Shown here one piece after another: positions 35,766-45,551 of a stretch of DNA of 64,000 bases. Within the stretch, counting starts at the first letter, position 1. Each line of letters opens with the position of its first letter. A model generated the notes under the pieces. That model searched no databases. It worked only from the letters and a program-made list of their open reading frames with translations, and had not been told where the DNA came from. Source of the DNA: an uncultured Bacteroidales bacterium (lineage in GTDB: Bacteria > Bacteroidota > Bacteroidia > Bacteroidales > UBA3663); assembly GCA_905235375.1 (NCBI GenBank), contig CAJOLH010000004.1:2133-66132 (forward strand), read 5' to 3'. The translations under genes and the position numbers were made by a program.

Positions 35766-37268
35766 ATGAAGCGTATTTTTATACTTCTGCTATTCATATA
35801 CCTCATCCTGCCTCTGTCCGCGATGACCCATCGCGAGGAAGCTGACAGCCTTGTTGCCGTAGCTGGCCGGTGTTACAGCGAATACCGCTATATGGATGCC
35901 CTGGATATTTTGGCAAAGGCGGTCAGTGTGGCAGAAAAAAACCACAACGAACAGGCTTACCTGAATGCCCTGCTCTCGATTGGCAACATACATACCATAT
36001 TCAAGGACTACGAACAGGCCCTGCATTACTATTCGCAATGCTACGACCGCTCCGTTCAGTTAGGGCTGGATGTCATGCGCTCCCGCGCAGGCAACAACAT
36101 GCTGATGTGCTATTGCATGATGGGCAACAAAGCCGAGGCGCAACGCTGCTACGAAATGGTGCGCGAGCTCAACCTGGAGGACTCGGACCTGAACCGCTTC
36201 TACGGTTTCCTGAACCAGGGTCTGCTGGCTCGTGTCAAGAAAGACCTCCATGCAGCCATCTTCTTCCACACACAAGCGCTCGAATATGCACAGAACCACG
36301 AGATGGACGGGCATTTTGCAGCATCACAGATGGGACAGATAGGAACGCTCGAAGAGGAACTGGGCAACGACGAACAGGCGCTGAAGTGGTATCTCGACTG
36401 CGAAACATTCTCCAAGCAGAAAGGCTACATGAGCCCACTGGCAACCAGTTACGAACGCCTGGCAGGGCTCTATCGCCGGCAACACAACGATTCAGCCTCG
36501 ATGCGTTACCAAAGGCTCTGCGTCCAGCTCACCGACTCGCTTTTCAACGAACGTGAATTCAACAGCAAACGCGGGCAGATAGTCGATTACGAGACACAAT
36601 ACAACATCCACAAGATTAGCTCCCTCACCCGCAGCAACCGCGCCCTCATCATTGGCATATCCATCATCGGCATGATGCTCATCGTGCTCGCGTGCCTCAT
36701 CATCTACATCTTCAGGCAGAACCGCCAGCTGGTCACCACCCAACGCTTGCTTATCGACAAGCACAACGAACTGAACCAGCAGCTCGAACGCGAACGGCGA
36801 CTGCGCGAGTATTTGACCGCCGACACGCCAGCCGACGAGCCTTTCGACGACACCGCCACCTCCGAATCCGCCTCCGATGCCCCTCCCCTGCTCAGCAAGC
36901 AGCAGACCGACCTGCTCCTGAAGGCCATCGCCACCGTGATGGACGACCAGACCGTCATCAGCGACCCCGACTTCAGCCTGCAGGCCTTGGCAACCCGTGT
37001 CGATTCGAATACGAAATATGTGTCGTGGGCCATCAATGCCACCTACGGAAAGAACTTCAAGACATACCTCAACGAATATCGCATCCGCGAGGCTGCGCGC
37101 CGGCTCGCCGACCCGCAGCGTTACGGCAACCCGACGATGGCAACACTCGCCGAGCAATTGGGCTACAAGTCACCCACCAGCCTCACCCAGGCCTTCAAGC
37201 GCATCTTCGGCATGACACCTGCCGCCTACCAGAAACTTGTAAAATTACCTGAGGATAAAGAACGATAA
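35766..37268 (+). CDS. transmembrane one-component regulator: TPR sensor + AraC-type HTH
   Basis: The ATG at 35766 gives MKRIFILLLFIYLILPLSA. TPR-like repeats, the TM segment ALIIGISIIGMMLIVLACLIIYIF, a coiled coil, and a C-terminal AraC HTH (YLNEYRIREAARRL...LGYKSPTSLTQAFKRIFGMTPAAY). Confidence 0.8.
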   Translation: MKRIFILLLFIYLILPLSAMTHREEADSLVAVAGRCYSEYRYMDALDILAKAVSVAEKNHNEQAYLNALLSIGNIHTIFKDYEQALHYYSQCYDRSVQLGLDVMRSRAGNNMLMCYCMMGNKAEAQRCYEMVRELNLEDSDLNRFYGFLNQGLLARVKKDLHAAIFFHTQALEYAQNHEMDGHFAASQMGQIGTLEEELGNDEQALKWYLDCETFSKQKGYMSPLATSYERLAGLYRRQHNDSASMRYQRLCVQLTDSLFNEREFNSKRGQIVDYETQYNIHKISSLTRSNRALIIGISIIGMMLIVLACLIIYIFRQNRQLVTTQRLLIDKHNELNQQLERERRLREYLTADTPADEPFDDTATSESASDAPPLLSKQQTDLLLKAIATVMDDQTVISDPDFSLQALATRVDSNTKYVSWAINATYGKNFKTYLNEYRIREAARRLADPQRYGNPTMATLAEQLGYKSPTSLTQAFKRIFGMTPAAYQKLVKLPEDKER

Positions 37269-37282
37269 ACACACTAATCACT

Positions 37283-39034
37283 ATGACCAAACAAATCAAA
37301 ACACTATTTGCTGCAGCATTGATGATTGCCTGCTGCACATTTACGCTGTTTGCCCAGGCTCCCTCCAAGACCTGGAATCCCAACCTCAAGAACGGAATGT
37401 ACCGCAATCCCGTCATCGATGCCGACTACTCCGACCCCGATGTCTGCCGTGTGGGCAACGACTACTACATGACTGCATCGTCGTTTGCCTGCTTCCCCGG
37501 CCTGCAAATCCTCCACAGTACCGACCTGGTGAACTGGGAACTCATCGGCCATGCCTTGACCGAAGACTATCCCGTGCTCCCCGAATACGAGGGCACCGAC
37601 CTTGACTGGCACAAGAAGATACAGCACGGCAACTACGTGTGGGCACCCGCTATCCGTTATCACGACGGGTGGTTCTACATCTATTGCGGCGACCCCGACC
37701 AAGGTCTCTTCATGACCAAGACACAGGATCCCGCAGGCACTTGGGAGCCCATCGTATGGGTGAAGAAAGGCAAGGGACTGATCGACTGCTGTCCGCTGTG
37801 GGACGACGACGGCAATGCCTACATCTCGCACGGCTGTGCCGGATCGCGTGCCGGCGTGAAGTCCGTCCTCTTCGTGGCTCCAATGTCGGCCGACGGCACA
37901 CGGGTGACCGGCCCGTCGCGTATAGTCTATGACGGACACGAGGACCAGCCCACCATCGAAGGCACAAAGTTCTACAAGCGCAACGACTACTACTACATCT
38001 TCAGCCCCGCCGGCGGCGTGAAGTACGGCTGGCAGGTGGAGCTTCGCAGCCGCAGCCCCTTCGGCCCCTACGAGGAGTATGTCGGCTTGGCTCAGGGCAA
38101 GTCGAAGGTCAATGGCCCTCACCAGGGCGCATGGGTCGATACGCAGAACGGCGAGGACTGGTTCCTTCACTTCCAGGACAAGCACGCCTACGGACGCGTG
38201 GTACATCTGCAGCCTGCACGCTGGGTGAACGACTGGCTCGTGATCGGCGAAGATAAGGATGGCGACGGATGCGGCGATGCCGTGGCCCAATGGAAGAAGC
38301 CCAACCTCCCCTCTTCGGGCGAATTCCAGCCTGTCGAGGACGATGAGTTCGATTCTCCCGAACTTGGCCTGCAATGGCAGTTCGAAGGCCCCTACAGCCA
38401 CTACTGGTACTTCTGCGATGCCAACAAGAGCAAGCTGCGTCTCTACGGCGTGCAGCGTCCCGACGGCTTCAAGAACCTCTCCGACCTGCAGAACGCACTG
38501 CTCCAGAAGTTCCCAACCGAGAACTTCACTGCGACCGCCAAGATGCAGTTCATCCCCAACCCCGAATACAAGGACAAGGGCGAAGAAGGCGGCTTCATCA
38601 TCAAGGGGCAGGACTATGCAGCCATCAAGATTGTCAGCACAAGCGACGGCTGTGAGTTGCGCTACGTCACCTGCACAGATGCCATGAAGGGCAAGGCCGA
38701 GAATGTCGTGGAAAGCGTTGGTCTGGAGATGTCGAAGCAGAAGGCGCCCTACACGCAGAAGTATGCCGTCGATGACATCCCACAGGCACGCATGGCTTCA
38801 CAGGATGTGTATGTGCGCGTCGCGGTGAAGAGTGAAGGTATAGGCAACGCCATCCAGTCGAAAGCACAGTTCTACTATAGCCTCGACGGAAAGAAATATA
38901 AGAAGATTGGTGACGTATTCACCGTGAAAGAAGGCCGCTGGATCGGCGCAAAGCTCGGTTTCTACAACGCCCGTCCTGGAGTGAAGAATGACGGTGCCTT
39001 CCTCGACATTGACTGGATCAGATTCGAAAAGTAG
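37283..39034 (+). CDS. GH43 beta-xylosidase/alpha-L-arabinofuranosidase with C-terminal beta-sandwich domain
   Basis: Signal peptide, then NPVIDADYSDPDVCRVGNDYYMTASSF (GH43 catalytic Asp context), APAIRYHDGWFYIY, and EGTKFYKRNDYYYIF. Confidence 0.88.
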   Translation: MTKQIKTLFAAALMIACCTFTLFAQAPSKTWNPNLKNGMYRNPVIDADYSDPDVCRVGNDYYMTASSFACFPGLQILHSTDLVNWELIGHALTEDYPVLPEYEGTDLDWHKKIQHGNYVWAPAIRYHDGWFYIYCGDPDQGLFMTKTQDPAGTWEPIVWVKKGKGLIDCCPLWDDDGNAYISHGCAGSRAGVKSVLFVAPMSADGTRVTGPSRIVYDGHEDQPTIEGTKFYKRNDYYYIFSPAGGVKYGWQVELRSRSPFGPYEEYVGLAQGKSKVNGPHQGAWVDTQNGEDWFLHFQDKHAYGRVVHLQPARWVNDWLVIGEDKDGDGCGDAVAQWKKPNLPSSGEFQPVEDDEFDSPELGLQWQFEGPYSHYWYFCDANKSKLRLYGVQRPDGFKNLSDLQNALLQKFPTENFTATAKMQFIPNPEYKDKGEEGGFIIKGQDYAAIKIVSTSDGCELRYVTCTDAMKGKAENVVESVGLEMSKQKAPYTQKYAVDDIPQARMASQDVYVRVAVKSEGIGNAIQSKAQFYYSLDGKKYKKIGDVFTVKEGRWIGAKLGFYNARPGVKNDGAFLDIDWIRFEK

Positions 39035-39035
39035 T

Positions 39036-39113
39036 CTTCTTAATCCCTTGGTCCCTTTCAATCCTTTCGAACCCCTTGAACCCTCTTAACCCCTCTTAAT
39101 CCCTTGAACCCCT
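39036..39113 (+). repeat. about 8.5 tandem 9-bp units of the same family (complementary orientation) between GH43 and the symporter
   Basis: CTTAATCCC TTGGTCCCT TTCAATCCT TTCGAACCC CTTGAACCC TCTTAACCC... Confidence 0.9.
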
Positions 39114-40612
39114 ATATTGTACTGGGTGTCATCGCCCTTTACTTCCTCATGGTGTTCGGCGTCAGCTGGTGGACTACCCGCCGTCGTGACCGCGACACCG
39201 AAACCTTCTATCGTGGCGATCGCAAGAGCCCCTGGTGGGTGGTGGCGATTGCCATGATTGGTACGTCCATCTCAGGCGTGACCTACGTCAGTGTGCCCGG
39301 CATGGTCGAAGCCAAGCAGATGAGCTACATCCAGATGGTGCTGGGCTTCGTCTGCGGATATTTCGCCGTGGCCTACATCCTGCTGCCTCTTTACTATCGC
39401 TTGGGGCTGTCGAGCATCTACGTCTATCTGGAGCAGCGCTACGGACGCTATGCCCACAAGACGGGTGCGGCGTTCTTCCTCCTGAGTAAGTATCTCGGCT
39501 GCGCAGTCAGGATGTATCTTACCGCCGTCGTGCTGCAGCTCGTGCTCTTCGACCAGCTGGGCGTACCCTTCGGACTTTCGGTGGCGTGCATCATGCTCAT
39601 CGTCTGGCTCTATTCGTTCCGGGGTGGTGTGAAGACGCTTGTCTGGACCGACCTGCTGCAGACACTCTGCCTGCTTTCGGCGATGATCGGGTTCGTGATC
39701 TGCATCAGTTCCGCCATGGGGTTGGACTTCACGGGGCTATGCAGCACCATTTCCGACAGTCCGATGTCGAGGGTATGGTTCTTCGACGATGCCAACGATA
39801 CCCGCTACTTCTGGAAGCAGTTCCTGGGCGGTATGTTCACCACCATCGCCATGACCGGTCTCGATCAGGACATGATGCAGAAAAACCTCTCGTGCAAGTC
39901 GCTGAAGGAGGCACAGAAGAACATGGTCTCTTACGGTTTCGGATTCCTGCCCGTCAACATCATCTTCCTTTCCTTAGGTATATTATTATATATGTACGCG
40001 CGCGAAGTGGGTGTTGATAAGAGTGGCGACGAACTCTTCCCCTATCTTGCCACAGGCATCAATCCAACCACGGGACAACCTTTCCTGCCCCTCATTGTGA
40101 GTGTGCTCTTCGTCCTTGGATTGGTGGCCGCTGCCTTCTCGTCGGCAGGTTCGGCAGTCACTGCACTGACCACCGCCATAATGGTCGATTTCCTGCGCAA
40201 GACACCCAATGAGGAAGGAGAGGGAAGTTTGAAGGGTTCGAGAGGTTTGAGGGGTTCGATAGAAGGCAAGCGTTTCCGTGTCCACATCATCAATTCCATC
40301 ATGATGGGGTTCATGATCTACCTGTTCCATCTGCTGTCATCGGGCTCGGTCATCAACGCTGTCTATGTGGTGGCATCCTATACCTACGGTCCGCTCATCG
40401 GACTCTTCTTCTTCGGCATGTTTACCAGACGCAAGGTGAATGACGGCTGGTGGATACCTGCCATCTGCATCGCTTCGCCTCTCCTCTGCTGGATTCTCGA
40501 CCAGCACTCCGAAGCATGGTTCAATGGCTATAAGATCGGCTACGAGATGCTGCTCATCAATGGTGCTCTGACGGCTATAGGACTGCTGGCAGCATCTTTG
40601 AGGAAAAATTGA
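39104..40612 (+). CDS. sodium:solute symporter family transporter with a short repeat-encoded loop insertion
   Basis: Polytopic membrane protein of about 500 aa with an SSS-like N-terminus. The TTG start at 39104 lies inside the 9-bp repeat tract, and an alternative ATG is at 39150. Residues SLKGSRGLRGSIE (40227..40262) are encoded by the GAGGGGTTY repeat. Confidence 0.75.
   Translation: MNPYIVLGVIALYFLMVFGVSWWTTRRRDRDTETFYRGDRKSPWWVVAIAMIGTSISGVTYVSVPGMVEAKQMSYIQMVLGFVCGYFAVAYILLPLYYRLGLSSIYVYLEQRYGRYAHKTGAAFFLLSKYLGCAVRMYLTAVVLQLVLFDQLGVPFGLSVACIMLIVWLYSFRGGVKTLVWTDLLQTLCLLSAMIGFVICISSAMGLDFTGLCSTISDSPMSRVWFFDDANDTRYFWKQFLGGMFTTIAMTGLDQDMMQKNLSCKSLKEAQKNMVSYGFGFLPVNIIFLSLGILLYMYAREVGVDKSGDELFPYLATGINPTTGQPFLPLIVSVLFVLGLVAAAFSSAGSAVTALTTAIMVDFLRKTPNEEGEGSLKGSRGLRGSIEGKRFRVHIINSIMMGFMIYLFHLLSSGSVINAVYVVASYTYGPLIGLFFFGMFTRRKVNDGWWIPAICIASPLLCWILDQHSEAWFNGYKIGYEMLLINGALTAIGLLAASLRKN
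40227..40262 (+). repeat. 4 tandem 9-bp units of the same family inside the symporter CDS
   Basis: GTTTGAAGG GTTCGAGAG GTTTGAGGG GTTCGATAG. Confidence 0.9.
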
Positions 40613-40705
40613 CCCCCAGCGCCCTTTACAGAAAAAACGAACGACCTAACTTTCCCAAGTGAGGTCGTTTTCAAAATACTACTATATAAAAAAAATTCTA
40701 TTCTG

Positions 40706-40778
<73 letters not shown>

Positions 40779-40880
40779 AATATTATCTGAAAAGCGGGTG
40801 CAAAGATAGCGTTTTTTTGTTATATCTCCAAATTTTTCGGGAAGAATTTGTCGATTTGGACAAAAATTCAACAATTTCAC

Positions 40881-41885
40881 TTAGAAATAGACATCGAAAT
40901 CGAGCAAAATAGGCAGATGGTCACTATATCCGCCCTCGTATTGATAGCCATAATAGCTTCGCGCAGGGCGATGCCCCAGATGGCTGACATCCTCGGCAAG
41001 CATAAACGGGAGACAGAAAGCTCGGGCATGGGCTATCGAGCAGGAGGGCGAGGATGCCGTGTTCACAACGAACTGGTCGAGGAAGCCCCATTCGCCCTGA
41101 TACTTGTGGCTGCCGTAAGCCGAGGGATGCCGCTTCAACGCCTTTTGTAGCGGGCTCATCAGATTCACATACTCCCTGCCCCACCATGCCTTTGACTCAC
41201 GCGCATAGTCGTTCATGTCGCCCATAATGATGAGGGTGGGATGCAGACGGCAGCGACGGATGCTGTCAGCCACGTGCATCACCGTATGATGGGCGGCATC
41301 GCGAGCTGGCTGCGACCGCTTGGCGCCTCCCATTCGGCTGGGCAGATGGCAGACGATGACGTCGAGTGTGTCGCCATTCACCACACGCCCTGCGGCATGG
41401 AGTACGTCGCGCGTCGGACGGACACCCTCGGGCACAGCTACGCGATGGAAGTCGGCATGGAGCAGCTTGAAGTCGGTAGGCTGATAGAGCAATGCCGTCT
41501 GTATGCCTCGCACATCGGGACCGTCGCTCACGATATAGTTGTAATGCAGATCCCAAAGGGGTGTGGAGTGCGTCCAATAGTGCATCACACTGTCGCCTTC
41601 GATTTCGACCAACCCCACAATCATGGGAGCCTTGCCATCGCCGGCAGCAATGATGACGCGCGACAACTGCAACAGCTTCTGACGCAGACGCGAGCGCGTC
41701 CAATGACGAATGCCCTCAGGCGTGAACTCGTCATCCTGATGGAGCGGATCATCAGAAGGCCAGAACGCATTCTCAACATTCCAGAACATGATACGCTGAT
41801 GCTGCACGTTCACCCTGTCCTGAGCCATGGAAAGGGCAAAGGAAGAGAAGAGGATAGATAAGGAGAAAATGATTGCAAATCGCAT
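40881..41885 (-). CDS. endonuclease/exonuclease/phosphatase (EEP) family protein, secreted
   Basis: The ATG at 41885 gives the signal MRFAIIFSLSILFSSFALSMA. EEP-like features FWNVENAF, MGDMND, and a C-terminal SDHLPI motif. Confidence 0.7.
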   Translation of the reverse strand: MRFAIIFSLSILFSSFALSMAQDRVNVQHQRIMFWNVENAFWPSDDPLHQDDEFTPEGIRHWTRSRLRQKLLQLSRVIIAAGDGKAPMIVGLVEIEGDSVMHYWTHSTPLWDLHYNYIVSDGPDVRGIQTALLYQPTDFKLLHADFHRVAVPEGVRPTRDVLHAAGRVVNGDTLDVIVCHLPSRMGGAKRSQPARDAAHHTVMHVADSIRRCRLHPTLIIMGDMNDYARESKAWWGREYVNLMSPLQKALKRHPSAYGSHKYQGEWGFLDQFVVNTASSPSCSIAHARAFCLPFMLAEDVSHLGHRPARSYYGYQYEGGYSDHLPILLDFDVYF

Positions 41886-41955
41886 GTGAAAAGAAAAGAT
41901 GCTAAAAAACCGGACCATCAGGACGATGATCCGGTGTGCCTTTATCGAAACTCAA

Positions 41956-42492
41956 TTAAGCTTCGGCAGCAGCTTCAGCGGCCTCTGCAGCAGCAGCAGC
42001 CTCAGCAGCGGCGGCGGCAGCCTTGGCAGCAGCCTCGGCCTTCTTGGCAGCGAGAGCCTCAGCCTTGGCGTTCTTAACAGCAACCTCAGCGTTAGCAGCT
42101 TCCTTCACCTTCTTGGCAGCCTCGGCAGCAAGACCAGAAATCTTGGAAGAGATCTTAGCCTCCTTAGCCTTCGTCCAAGCCTCAAACTTGGCCTGAGCCT
42201 GCTCAGCGGTGAGAGCACCCTTCTTCACACCTCCATTGAGATGCTTCATCAGGAGAACACCCTTGTAGGAGAGAATGCGGCCAGCAGTCAGTGTGGGCTG
42301 TGCACCAGTCTCCACCCAGTAGAGGGCGCGTTCGAAATTGAGATGAATAGTAGCAGGGTTGGTGTTGGGATTGTAAGTACCGATCTTCTCAATATACTTA
42401 CCATCACGTGGCGCTCTGCTATCTGCGACTACGATGCTATAAACTGCGTAGTCCTTGTGACCATGTCGTGCAAGACGGATCTTTGTAGCCAT
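41956..42492 (-). CDS. rpsP: 30S ribosomal protein S16 with Ala/Lys/Glu-rich C-terminal extension
   Basis: [46 protein letters not shown] is canonical S16. About 95 extra residues end in [25 protein letters not shown]. Confidence 0.93.
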   Translation of the reverse strand: MATKIRLARHGHKDYAVYSIVVADSRAPRDGKYIEKIGTYNPNTNPATIHLNFERALYWVETGAQPTLTAGRILSYKGVLLMKHLNGGVKKGALTAEQAQAKFEAWTKAKEAKISSKISGLAAEAAKKVKEAANAEVAVKNAKAEALAAKKAEAAAKAAAAAAEAAAAAEAAEAAAEA

Positions 42493-42752
42493 TTCGCAAA
42501 TTGATTTAAAGATGTTAATACTCATGCAATCCTTGGCGGGAGTGGTGACACGTCACGTTCCCCGGTTTTGCGACCGCAAAGGTAGATAATTTATGCTTAT
42601 AAACAAAATATTTGTGGTGAAAATTTCGCGATTCATCGAAATTTACCTTCCTGACCAATAAACTTTTCGGGTTTTGCAAGGTCAAAAAGACAAAGTTGGT
42701 AATTATCAATAAACAAATAACTATTTATTCACCACAAACAAACCACAAGAAA

Positions 42753-43256
42753 ATGAAAAAGATTCTTTTAGCAGCACTCTGCTGCATGACAATGGCAACA
42801 AGCATCGTGCTGGCACAGGACCAGTCACAGAGACGAGGAATGCGCGAGGGTAATCGCCAACAGATGTTCCAACTCGCCGACACCGCCATCACCAACCACC
42901 TCAATCTCACCACCGCTCAGCAGGTCGAGATTGCCAAGCTCAACGAGAGCTTCCGCGAACAGATGAGGGCAGAAGCCGAAAAGGGCAGGAATCTCGATAG
43001 GGAGGCACGCGCCGCTCATCGCACCGAGATGGAGGCAAAGCGCGCTGAAGGACGCAAGCAACTCCGCGCCATCCTAGGCACCGAGCTCTACATCGAATAC
43101 CTCGAAAAGGCCATCGATCAGCGTCCGATGATGATGGGCGGACAGCGCGGACCACGCCCCGACGGACAGAATATGCAGCGCCAGCGTGGTATGCGCCAGA
43201 ACGATTTCGGCGGCAATGCCTTCAGAGGCGGCGGCTTCGATGAAGGTGGATTCTAA
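42753..43256 (+). CDS. small secreted helical protein (Spy/CpxP- or DUF4890-like)
   Basis: The ATG at 42753 gives MKKILLAALCCMTMATSIVLAQ. Charged helical repeats (LTTAQQVEIAKLNESFREQMRAE...) and a Gly/Arg-rich tail. The family call is tentative. Confidence 0.45.
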   Translation: MKKILLAALCCMTMATSIVLAQDQSQRRGMREGNRQQMFQLADTAITNHLNLTTAQQVEIAKLNESFREQMRAEAEKGRNLDREARAAHRTEMEAKRAEGRKQLRAILGTELYIEYLEKAIDQRPMMMGGQRGPRPDGQNMQRQRGMRQNDFGGNAFRGGGFDEGGF

Positions 43257-43830
43257 AATAATCTTTTGTGGTCGCTTCGCTCAAAAGAGCATAGCGACCA
43301 CCTACTACATGAATATCGAAAATCCGGAAATATCTAAAAATATTTTCGGACTTTTTCGTTTTTTCGGACATTTTCGGAATTACACCCATCGTATTTTGGA
43401 TTCCGAAAAACCACGAAAACATCGAAACCAACGAAAACTTTATTACTTCGTCCTTTTCAAGTCTTTGGATGTTTATTTCGATCACTGATCACACGAATCA
43501 CACGGATTATCTGTCGGCACAAAGGAAACCAGTGGTCATTGCTTTGCCGACCACTGGGCGGATAAAACGGATCCTTGCCCGTCATCTTATCTCTATGGTG
43601 TTTTTCTTATTTCTCTACGGACTTCAAGGACTTAATGGACTATCCCTGGAGTGCACAAGCAAAAGTCTGTGCCCTTACATCTCTACAGATTTCACAGATT
43701 TATCAGATTAGCGGCTCGGTCTTAAATAAATCCGTTCAATCCGAGAAATCCGTAGAGGAATGGGACTATCATTGACGTGCGCAAGCAAAAGTCCTTATAG
43801 TCCCGAAAGTCCGTAGAGAATAAATGATCT
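43257..43830 (-). repeat. mosaic repeat block with D, C and B modules in reverse orientation
   Basis: 43342-43445 is the reverse complement of the D module (compare 3088-3185). 43775-43822 is the reverse complement of a C module. 43650-43712 is a B-like module in reverse. Confidence 0.8.
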
Positions 43831-43878
43831 CCTTATGGTGCGGCATCGAACTGACCGTTGCAGAAGAATGGTAATTTA

Positions 43879-43956
43879 AGAAAAAGTCCCATTTTTAGCT
43901 CAAAAAATTGAGAAAAAGTCCCATTTTTGGCTCAAAATATTGAGAAAAAGTCCCCA
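43879..43956 (+). repeat. 2.4 direct repeats of a 32-bp unit (GAGAAAAAGTCCCATTTTTRGCTCAAAAWATT) just upstream of the ATPase promoter
   Basis: Read directly from the sequence. Each unit contains TTGAG...CTCAA dyad symmetry. Confidence 0.85.
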
Positions 43957-44010
43957 AGCTCTTGTTTTTGTTGAAAAAAAGACCTATATTTGCAACCTAA
44001 ATCAGCGATT

Positions 44011-45387
44011 ATGTTATATAGGAAGTTTACAAGCAAAATCGAAGAGCACCTTCTTCATCAGCCCAACAAGATCTTGTTGGTCAATGGTGCCAGACAGATT
44101 GGCAAATCGTACCTGATTAGATATGTCGGACAGAAACTATTCAAGAACTACATAGAAATCAATCTGAAGGAAGACAGCGAAGGACTTAAAATCTTCAATT
44201 CTGTCGCCAGCACAGAAGACTTCTATTTGCAATTGGGAGCCATCGCAGGAAACCGATTAGGCAAAAAAGAGGACACACTGGTATTCCTAGACGAAATCCA
44301 AAGTTATCCACACCTGATGACCATGCTCAAGTTCCTCAATCAAGAGGGACGCTTTACTTATATAGCAAGCGGTTCGCAGTTAGGTGTAGCTTTGTCCCAA
44401 ACGGCATCCGTACCCATCGGCAGCATTTCCATCGAAGAGATGTATCCGCTCGACTTCGAGGAATTTCTTTTGGCTATGAACTGCAGCCAAGACACCATCA
44501 TCGGTATTCGCGAAAGGTTTGTTGCCAAGAAATCGGTGAATGACTCCATCCACAATTACATGATGCAGCAATTCAAGCTGTATTTGTTGGTTGGAGGTAT
44601 GCCTGACGCTATCAACACGTTCAAGGAGACCCGAAATATTGCACAAGTCAGGAACATACAACGCGATATACATAGGCTTTACAGAATCGACGCATCACAA
44701 TATGACGAAGAGAGAAAGCTAGTTATTCGAAAGCTCTTCGACCTCATTCCCTCCAATATGGAGAACAAGAAAAAGAGGGTCATAGTGAAACGCATCGAAG
44801 AAACAAACAGACACAAGCAATTCAGTGATTATGCTGAAGAGTTCGAATATCTGACCAACTCGGGAATTGCCCTTTCTGTACAAGCCATCAGCAACCCAAG
44901 ATTTCCTCTGCTCGAATCCGAGAGCAAGAATCTCATCAAGCTTTATATGAACGACGTTGGCCTACTGACCAATCTTCTTTACGGCAACAACATCAATGCA
45001 GTGCTCAGAGATGAAAAAAGCATCAACCTTGGTTCTGTCTATGAATCAGTTGTGGCGCAGGAATTGCACGCTCACGGCTTCCACTTGCACTATTATGACA
45101 ACAAGCAGAAGGGCGAAGTGGATTTCATGGTTGACGATTACAAGCAGCTCACCGTGCTTCCCATCGAGGTTAAATCCGGTAAGGATTACAAAGTGCACAG
45201 TGCCCTCGACAAACTCCTTGAAAACCCAGACTACAACATCAAGCAGGCCGTCGTACTCAGCAACAACCAGTCCGTTTATTCAGAGCATGGCATCGTCTAT
45301 CTCCCCATCTACTATTGTATGTTCTTCGACCAAAATGCCTCTGCCAGTGATGAGTGCATCATCCCGGAGATACGATTGGAGTTGTAA
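44011..45387 (+). CDS. AAA-family ATPase (AAA_14 + DUF4143 architecture)
   Basis: The ATG at 44011 gives MLYRKFTSKIEEHL. Walker A GARQIGKS, Walker B LVFLDEIQ, and a C-terminal DUF4143-like EVDFMV...PIEVKSG motif. Lies in an AT-rich segment. Confidence 0.8.
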   Translation: MLYRKFTSKIEEHLLHQPNKILLVNGARQIGKSYLIRYVGQKLFKNYIEINLKEDSEGLKIFNSVASTEDFYLQLGAIAGNRLGKKEDTLVFLDEIQSYPHLMTMLKFLNQEGRFTYIASGSQLGVALSQTASVPIGSISIEEMYPLDFEEFLLAMNCSQDTIIGIRERFVAKKSVNDSIHNYMMQQFKLYLLVGGMPDAINTFKETRNIAQVRNIQRDIHRLYRIDASQYDEERKLVIRKLFDLIPSNMENKKKRVIVKRIEETNRHKQFSDYAEEFEYLTNSGIALSVQAISNPRFPLLESESKNLIKLYMNDVGLLTNLLYGNNINAVLRDEKSINLGSVYESVVAQELHAHGFHLHYYDNKQKGEVDFMVDDYKQLTVLPIEVKSGKDYKVHSALDKLLENPDYNIKQAVVLSNNQSVYSEHGIVYLPIYYCMFFDQNASASDECIIPEIRLEL

Positions 45388-45551
45388 GATTTCTCACTAT
45401 TCAGAATAGTCAAACAATCGCCGATACCATTGGTCACGCCCAACTTTCCCGCCTCATGCTCCTCTGGCGCGGTGTGGAGCTTGCAGTTGCGGAAGAATGG
45501 TAATTTTGAGAGAAAAAGAATAGTTAAAATTAGTTTTCATATTATCTAACA

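Noticed and set aside
39036-40262. Inverted 9-mer tracts flanking 1.1 kb, as a possible invertible segment or composite transposon.
   Set aside because: The interior is a continuous symporter reading frame in one orientation. The arms are low-complexity repeats of unequal length, and no recombinase is nearby.
41899-42504. 201-aa Ser/Leu/Gly-rich ORF on the + strand.
   Set aside because: It is antisense to rpsP and its GCN-rich tail. The S16 reading is unambiguous.
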